From an uncultured virus (IMG/VR IMGVR_UViG_3300031853_001916) (Duplodnaviria > Heunggongvirae > Uroviricota > Caudoviricetes), in the IMG/VR virus record IMGVR_UViG_3300031853_001916, positions 45,785 to 65,784 of that record: DNA of 20,000 bases. The stretch is one strand, 5' to 3'. Positions 14,884 through 20,000 of this stretch are shown here, piece after piece. The notes under the pieces were generated by a model that saw only the letters and a list, made by a program, of their open reading frames with translations, did no database searches and was not told the origin of the DNA. The first letter of the stretch is position 1, and the number at the start of each line of letters is the position of its first letter. The translations under genes and the position numbers were made by a program.

Positions 14884-15910
14884 ATGGGCTGAATACACGT
14901 ACAACCTGATCACCGGATGTGAGTATGGCTGTGATTACTGCTACGCAAAGCGCCTCGCAAAAGCACAGAGCGGCGATATCCGAAGGCATATGGCCATGAA
15001 AGATGTCTACTCGGAAATCAATGGATGTTATGACCTGCTCTCTCCGATCAGGGATGAGAACGGGAGGACCGTTGAATATCCTTTCGGGTCCTCTCCTACT
15101 CTCCACAGGTACAAGGCAGATGATTACAGGCCGATCCGCGAGAGCCGGCGCGTACTGGTGAACGCGATCTCTGACGGGTTCGGAGACAGCATCCCGGACG
15201 ATTGGATCCGCTTTGTTTTCGAAACATGTGCTGCGACACCGCAGCATTACTACATGTTCCTGACGCGGAACCCGAAAAGGTACGGGGAGTTGGACCTGCC
15301 TGAAGGCAACCATTACTGGTATGGCGTAACAATTACGAACAACCGAGATCTTGAGAAGATTGACATGCTTCCTCCAGGAAGGAAAACCTTCATCAACTTT
15401 GAACCGCTGATGGAGAACATTTTCCTGTCACCAGAAGACCTGAAGGGCGTGAATTGGATTACGATCGGCGCCATGACCGGGAAGGTAAAGAACAAAGTGG
15501 TTACGCAGCGGGAATGGGTTGAATCCATCCTATCGCTCGCAAGCGAGATGGGAATTCCGGTATTCATGAGGGAAAACCTCAACGCGATTGTCGGCGAGGA
15601 TGAAATGTCACGGGAATATCCAGAAGAACTCACCCTTCGCGGGATGGGAAGGCTTCAGTCATGGCTTACTACCGACAGGTGCATGGAGTGCAGGAGGAAA
15701 CTAAAAAAGCACAGCATGGTAACGCTGCAGGCCAGGGTCGGGACTTCCTACAAGGAAAAGCGGTATACCTGCATCCGGATCGGTGCTATGTGCTTTAAGT
15801 GTTATTCAAAATTCTGCAAGGATCACAAGATATACGGCTTTGAGGAATACCTAAAACATGAGAAGGAGATAGAAAATGGCAAAGAAAAGAAGCTGCCGGA
15901 GAACGAGTGA
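14864..15910 (+). CDS. DUF5131 (phage Gp37/Gp68) family protein with radical-SAM-like Cys triad and C-terminal Zn-finger extension
   Basis: TRIEWAEYTYNLITGCEYGCDYCYA (CxxxCxxC), FLTRNP, WYGVTI, FINFEPL, WITIG and IPVFMRENL motifs. Confidence 0.88.
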   Translation: MQYTRIEWAEYTYNLITGCEYGCDYCYAKRLAKAQSGDIRRHMAMKDVYSEINGCYDLLSPIRDENGRTVEYPFGSSPTLHRYKADDYRPIRESRRVLVNAISDGFGDSIPDDWIRFVFETCAATPQHYYMFLTRNPKRYGELDLPEGNHYWYGVTITNNRDLEKIDMLPPGRKTFINFEPLMENIFLSPEDLKGVNWITIGAMTGKVKNKVVTQREWVESILSLASEMGIPVFMRENLNAIVGEDEMSREYPEELTLRGMGRLQSWLTTDRCMECRRKLKKHSMVTLQARVGTSYKEKRYTCIRIGAMCFKCYSKFCKDHKIYGFEEYLKHEKEIENGKEKKLPENE

Positions 15911-16214
15911 AGAAAATGCAGCCCACAACATGGCTGTCAGGATCAGGAAAATGACAGACATGCAGATCACTGAGTATATGGATGAGATTCGTAAGAAGGC
16001 ATATGCAGAGGCTGTTGATGACATCAGCGATACCAGGAAGGCCTTATGCGATTCATGCGACAGAAACAAGCCTGCAGAAAAAGATCCGACTGCGCAGGAT
16101 TTCATCGATGTTCTGAAAAAAGAAAAAATCCCGGGAGTCGGGGCTGTAACAATCAACAAGCTTCTGGAGGTTGCGAAGAGATATGGATTCATACAGCAGG
16201 TCGCTTCAAGGTAA
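15876..16214 (+). CDS. Hypothetical phage protein (112 aa) with HhH-like C-terminus
   Basis: AAGGAG RBS; IPGVGAVTINKL. Confidence 0.75.
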   Translation: MAKKRSCRRTSEENAAHNMAVRIRKMTDMQITEYMDEIRKKAYAEAVDDISDTRKALCDSCDRNKPAEKDPTAQDFIDVLKKEKIPGVGAVTINKLLEVAKRYGFIQQVASR

Positions 16215-16728
16215 GCAGTCACGCTCGGACGGGGCGTACTTCGAGGCCATGATTGAAGATGCCTGCAGGTTCTACGAAAACAAAGGCATCTGTGCGATCG
16301 ACAAGACCCCGGAGCCGATGCGGATCCTGAAGCCTTATGACCGGAAGAAAGGCCAGTTCATAGCATGCTTTGCAAAGCAGGCCCAGCCGGATTTCAAGGG
16401 AGCTCTCCAGGATGCGACCATGGTTCTGTTCGATGCGAAGCACACGGACGCCGGCCAGATCCGTAGGAGCGTGATTACAGAGGAACAAGAGGAATGCTTT
16501 GAGAGATATTCCAAAATGGGAGCCTTCTGTTTTCTGGTGATATCACTGGAATTTAAGGACTTCTACCGGGTCCCGTGGGTGGTATTCCGGGATATGAAAA
16601 AGATCTATGGCCATAAGTATATGGACAGACGCGACCTGTTCCGCTACCAGATAGTTTTCAAGAATGGGATCCTCCGCTTCCTTGACGGGGTGGAGCTGAG
16701 AGGAGATGACGAAGACGATGAGGATTAA
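16183..16728 (+). CDS. recU: Holliday junction resolvase RecU family
   Basis: GAYFEAMI...Y...IDKTPEP...QPDFKG...FDAKHT...Q...GAFCFLVI matches the RecU pattern. Confidence 0.9.
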   Translation: MDSYSRSLQGKQSRSDGAYFEAMIEDACRFYENKGICAIDKTPEPMRILKPYDRKKGQFIACFAKQAQPDFKGALQDATMVLFDAKHTDAGQIRRSVITEEQEECFERYSKMGAFCFLVISLEFKDFYRVPWVVFRDMKKIYGHKYMDRRDLFRYQIVFKNGILRFLDGVELRGDDEDDED

Positions 16729-17785
16729 CAGATACGAACTAATGAGGGCCATTGATAAGTCTAAGGGAATTGTTCAGAAGAACGACTCCATTCCGGCTCT
16801 CTCAGCGCTTTTGATAGATGGGCAAAGAGCTATTGCATCCAACATGGAGATTACCTTAGAGGTCAAATTAGAGGCTTCTGGAGGCACTTCTCTCCTACTG
16901 CCCATGAGGGCATTTGACATGGTGAAGAACCTGCCGGAAACAGAGCTGGACATCGAGCAGGACAATGATCAGACAGTTGTGATCCGTTCCGGGAAGACGA
17001 CCAGCAGGTTCAGCAGTTACAAAGCGGTCGACTTCACGCTCAGGAGAGATCGGCCCGATGCAGAAGGAGCTGTCCTTCCTGGCGGGAAGATGCTTGAAGC
17101 ATTCTCAAAAGTCGTATTCGCTGCGGATGAGAATTCGACAAGACGTGAGCTGACCGGCGTCAACCTCCTATCTTCCGGCGGGATCTTCACGATTACGGCA
17201 ACTGACGGGCACATGGTTGCCATTGACGAGGTTATCGCTGACGGAGTGCCAGATATGGACCTGATCATTCCGAAGAACACGGTGAGAAAGCTGATCGGAA
17301 TGGATATGGATGACAACATCACCCTTACCTATGACAGCCATAGCGCGGTTTTTGAAACGGACGCATACACGATCTATTCCAGGCTCATCGATGGAAAATA
17401 CATAAACACAGCGCAGCTGTTCGTGCCTGAAGACCAGCTGCAGACGATTCGCATGGACCGTAAGGATCTGGTCTCAGCACTTACAAGGGCAAACCTGTGT
17501 AACTCGGACGATGTAAAGCACGCGCTGGTGGTACAGCTGAACGGCCAGACAATGGACATGACACTGGTGGCAAGCACGAGCGGATATCACGAGATCCTGG
17601 AAGTAGATACTGAATTCAGCGGAGACATGAAAATCGGCATGAATCCAAAGATGCTTCTGGAAGCCCTCAAAGGATATTCGGGAGACATCATCACTCTGAA
17701 ACTGATGGGGCCGAGAACTCCGGTTTACATCTCGGAAGAAGAATCGGCACTGAAAATGATAGTGCTGCCAGTGAACATAACATAA
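16706..17785 (+). CDS. dnaN: DNA polymerase III beta sliding clamp homologue (phage-encoded); alternative start at 16718
   Basis: About 360 aa; IPALSALLI, ASNMEI, RRELTGVNL, ATDGHMVA, IIPK, SRLIDGKY, IGMNPKML and terminal IVLPV. Confidence 0.93.
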   Translation: MTKTMRINRYELMRAIDKSKGIVQKNDSIPALSALLIDGQRAIASNMEITLEVKLEASGGTSLLLPMRAFDMVKNLPETELDIEQDNDQTVVIRSGKTTSRFSSYKAVDFTLRRDRPDAEGAVLPGGKMLEAFSKVVFAADENSTRRELTGVNLLSSGGIFTITATDGHMVAIDEVIADGVPDMDLIIPKNTVRKLIGMDMDDNITLTYDSHSAVFETDAYTIYSRLIDGKYINTAQLFVPEDQLQTIRMDRKDLVSALTRANLCNSDDVKHALVVQLNGQTMDMTLVASTSGYHEILEVDTEFSGDMKIGMNPKMLLEALKGYSGDIITLKLMGPRTPVYISEEESALKMIVLPVNIT

Positions 17786-17823
17786 GCGCCGCCGATACAT
17801 CACAATAATGGCGCTATCACACA

Positions 17824-17850
17824 GGGAGCGGAAGGTGGCCTCCCGCTCCC
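17824..17850 (+). other. GC-rich hairpin just before the Lar-like gene RBS
   Basis: GGGAGCGG-AAGGTGGCCTC-CCGCTCCC; no U-tract follows. Confidence 0.6.
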
Positions 17851-17864
17851 GGAAAGGAGGGAAT

Positions 17865-18089
17865 ATGGAATACCAGAAACTGCTGGACTGCCCGTTTTGT
17901 GGAGAGATCGCAACGCTGACGAGGGACGAGAGAACATCGCCGCCATCATGGAAGGTGGTCTGCACTTTCTGCGGGGCATCTAAAGGAGGGGAATCGTTCC
18001 AGTATTCGAGTCCTGAAGCAGCTGTCATAGCATGGAACACACGACTACAGAACAGGGAGATATCAAGCAAGGAGGAAGGCACCAGGTAA
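17865..18089 (+). CDS. Lar (restriction alleviation)-family Zn-finger protein
   Basis: LLDCPFCG...VVCTFCGA...EAAVIAWNTR; AAAGGAGG RBS before ATG 17865. Confidence 0.8.
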   Translation: MEYQKLLDCPFCGEIATLTRDERTSPPSWKVVCTFCGASKGGESFQYSSPEAAVIAWNTRLQNREISSKEEGTR

Positions 18090-18094
18090 TTGAT

Positions 18095-18331
18095 ATGGGG
18101 AAAAAGAAACAGGCAAACGTTATAGACAGTCGAAGATGGTGTAACGGCTTTACATGCAGGCATTACCTATGCAGATACCACCCGGCCAGTATACCGCAGA
18201 AGTATCGGAATTCAGTTTTCAGATACGTGGATCCAAACAACTTTAATCATTGCGAAAGATGGGAAGCTGTTGCGGCCAGACAGGAGCAGGAAAAACGAAA
18301 GGAGCAGAAAAATGCGGATAACGATTTATGA
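18095..18331 (+). CDS. Hypothetical Cys/His-rich protein (78 aa)
   Basis: MGKKKQ...WCNGFTCRHYLCRYHP...HC; AGGT RBS. Confidence 0.65.
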   Translation: MGKKKQANVIDSRRWCNGFTCRHYLCRYHPASIPQKYRNSVFRYVDPNNFNHCERWEAVAARQEQEKRKEQKNADNDL

Positions 18332-18482
18332 ATTTGCTGCACTCTTCTCTCTCCTTGCGGTTGGCTATGCTGCAGGCTGGTGTTTCAAAGGACTTTGGGA
18401 CAGAGAAATGGACGACATATATATCGAGAATATCGTAGAGGAATTCAAACGACAAGAGGGAATAACGGAGGATAAGGAATGA
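18312..18482 (+). CDS. Small single-TM membrane protein (56 aa)
   Basis: AAAGGAG RBS; FAALFSLLAVGYAAGWCF hydrophobic stretch with an acidic tail. Confidence 0.7.
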   Translation: MRITIYEFAALFSLLAVGYAAGWCFKGLWDREMDDIYIENIVEEFKRQEGITEDKE

Positions 18483-18688
18483 ATGGAGGATATTGTGATA
18501 TTTGCGGCCAGCCGCTCACAGACGCATCTGGACGCTGGGATTTCGCTGGGAAAGACAGAGGCATAAATGCTATTCCCGGCTGTGTTGCAGATCTACACAT
18601 CAAGTGCTGTGCATGGTGTAAGGATTGCATCGATGAAGCAGTCAGGAAAGTGTCGGAGAAGAACACTGCGAAAAGGCAGAAATTGTAA
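18479..18688 (+). CDS. Small Zn-finger-like hypothetical protein (69 aa)
   Basis: ATGA coupling; CDICG...CCAWCKDC. Confidence 0.7.
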   Translation: MNGGYCDICGQPLTDASGRWDFAGKDRGINAIPGCVADLHIKCCAWCKDCIDEAVRKVSEKNTAKRQKL

Positions 18689-18746
18689 ACGATCCTCATG
18701 ACGGACGAGGAACAGAACTAATCAGAACAGAAAGGAGCTATCAGCA

Positions 18747-19049
18747 ATGAAAGAAGGATATTATGCGGAGATCTTTTTCCACGGAGACGTGACGAAGATC
18801 CCGATCACAAAACCAGTGCATCTCAGCCGATTCGAATATGACTATCTCATGGCGCAGAAAGATGTCGATACCCAGAAATGGCATATGAGCCGAATGATCG
18901 ACATGGGATATTTCAAAGATCTGAGGCCATACTTTGTGTCAGAAAGAACAGACAGAGGGAAGACATGGACTTACGTGCTGATCGGAGTTATCAGGGATCT
19001 GCTTTGCGCGGATGCATTTATTATAGACGGAAAGGAGGCTGAAGCATGA
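18747..19049 (+). CDS. Hypothetical protein (100 aa)
   Basis: AAAGGAG RBS; coupled to the next ORF by ATGA. Confidence 0.75.
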   Translation: MKEGYYAEIFFHGDVTKIPITKPVHLSRFEYDYLMAQKDVDTQKWHMSRMIDMGYFKDLRPYFVSERTDRGKTWTYVLIGVIRDLLCADAFIIDGKEAEA

Positions 19050-19594
19050 GGGTATCGTCAGAAAATCATGATGGAATCATCGTGATTGAAGTTCTGCCAG
19101 AGGGGCGTGAAGCACAGGCATGTTTGTGGATGCGGGTCTATCTGGATCCGAAGCATGGCCAGATGCTAAGCGATTCGGATATTGGACATTACGCTCATCG
19201 ATGGCCAGAAAATGGGAAACGCTTCCTGAAGCTGATGTCATCTGTCGGCGCCAGTTATGTGATGGAAAAGTGCTGTCACGATCAAAAGGAATATGACGCC
19301 GACAGCATCGTGGAAGATATAAACGATTATTTCAGCGATATCGATGAATGGGAAAACGAATCGGATAAAGAAGACTGCCGGAACTTCCTTGATGAACTAA
19401 GTTATTGTTCCTCCGTCTTCGATATAGACAGAGTCTTCCACGATACGGCATTCGATTACGGCAATGCCTGGGAATGCATCAGGAAATCATATACGCCGTG
19501 GCAGAAAAGATGGGCTGAATATTTCCACAAATATGTTGAGCCTGAAGTGGCGAAGTGGATATCGCGATGGGAGGATGACGCTGATGAAGTGTGA
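19046..19594 (+). CDS. Hypothetical protein (182 aa)
   Basis: AAGGAGG RBS, ATGA overlap, acidic and Trp-rich. Confidence 0.8.
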   Translation: MRVSSENHDGIIVIEVLPEGREAQACLWMRVYLDPKHGQMLSDSDIGHYAHRWPENGKRFLKLMSSVGASYVMEKCCHDQKEYDADSIVEDINDYFSDIDEWENESDKEDCRNFLDELSYCSSVFDIDRVFHDTAFDYGNAWECIRKSYTPWQKRWAEYFHKYVEPEVAKWISRWEDDADEV

Positions 19595-20000
19595 AAATTG
19601 CCCTGCGGGATGGGAAGACAGGGACTACGAAGGTGAGTGCAATTCCTGCGGTTGCCTCATACTCGGGAACGATATGTTTGATGATAACTGTAGGCTATCC
19701 GCAGACGAGATAGATAAAAGGCTTGCACAGCTTAAAGCGTATGAAGACGGGAAGATTGACCGTCCTCAGTGGGTAGTGAACAGATTCATCCGGGAGATGG
19801 ATAATAAATGGCAATTTGGCCACAGCCTCGGAATCTTCCTGCCTGCGTTCCCACCACCAAGAATGCACAATGGCTGCTATCAGAGCATATATTCCAGCAT
19901 TGGGCTGAATGATTCAGTGGAGATGATAGAAAATCGGGTCAGGCGTAATTACGAAGAAGGGGCCAGAACGCCAGACGAACTGCTTGATGAATTCTATGGA
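19584..20000 (+). CDS. Hypothetical Cys-rich protein, truncated by the window end (not in the ORF track)
   Basis: GGGAGG RBS; MKCENCPAGWEDRDYEGECNSCGC... stays open to position 20000. Confidence 0.75.
   Translation, partial: MKCENCPAGWEDRDYEGECNSCGCLILGNDMFDDNCRLSADEIDKRLAQLKAYEDGKIDRPQWVVNRFIREMDNKWQFGHSLGIFLPAFPPPRMHNGCYQSIYSSIGLNDSVEMIENRVRRNYEEGARTPDELLDEFYG

Larger units (their letters stand above)
1..20000. mobile_element. Temperate prophage (or phage-like integrative element), lysogeny plus early/replication modules; extends beyond both window edges
   Basis: Order is integrase, accessory genes, repressor, divergent switch, cro, xis, recombination, replication, RecU, small ORFs, as in Bacillota temperate phages. 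No structural genes are in the window. Confidence 0.9.

Noticed and set aside
17824..17850. Rho-independent terminator after dnaN
   Set aside because: Strong stem, but it is followed directly by an RBS rather than a U-tract.
17808..17864. N-terminal extension of the Lar-like ORF in the ORF track
   Set aside because: A strong AAAGGAGG RBS precedes ATG 17865, and the upstream stretch is a hairpin. Starts were trimmed on similar grounds at 3670, 6080, 6526, 12623, 16183, 18095 and 18312.
17474..18163. 229-aa minus-strand ORF
   Set aside because: Antisense to dnaN and the Lar-like gene, both well supported; no motifs.
1..20000. Conjugative element (ICE) interpretation suggested by the ICEBs1-like Xis and Pcf genes
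   Set aside because: No relaxase, coupling protein or T4SS genes are in view, and the initiator, RecU, DUF5131 and Lar set fits a phage. Not fully excluded, because no structural genes are in the window.

Overview
The window is the left (early) end of a temperate prophage, or a phage-like integrative element. A Bacillota/Clostridia-type host is inferred from strong AGGAGG RBSs, sigma-A-like promoters and RecU, PcfK and PcfJ family genes. It begins exactly at the stop codon of a tyrosine integrase. Positions 1-3.2 kb hold a leftward lysogeny operon: CI-like XRE repressor, lipoprotein, hypothetical protein, second XRE protein and integrase. A genetic switch at about 3.16-3.40 kb has two identical palindromic operators, a near-consensus rightward promoter, a probable face-to-face leftward promoter and a structured leader. 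From 3.4 kb to the end runs one tightly coupled rightward early operon: Cro-like and other HTH proteins, Xis, small proteins, a candidate ssDNA-annealing protein, a single-chain SbcD-SbcC (Mre11-Rad50) fusion, a replication initiator, an N6-MTase-like protein lacking NPP(Y/F), PcfK(AcrIIA9)-like and PcfJ proteins, DUF5131, RecU, a phage-borne DnaN beta clamp, a Lar-like protein and several Cys-rich small ORFs. The strongest candidates for something new are the SSAP-like plus fused SbcDC recombination module with an atypical CX7C hook, the MTase-like/PcfK/PcfJ block with a clamp-binding-like tail alongside a private beta clamp, and non-coding features (convergent and antisense promoters, recurrent GGC(A)-loop hairpins). 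All family calls come from reading motifs by eye; no database searches were run.
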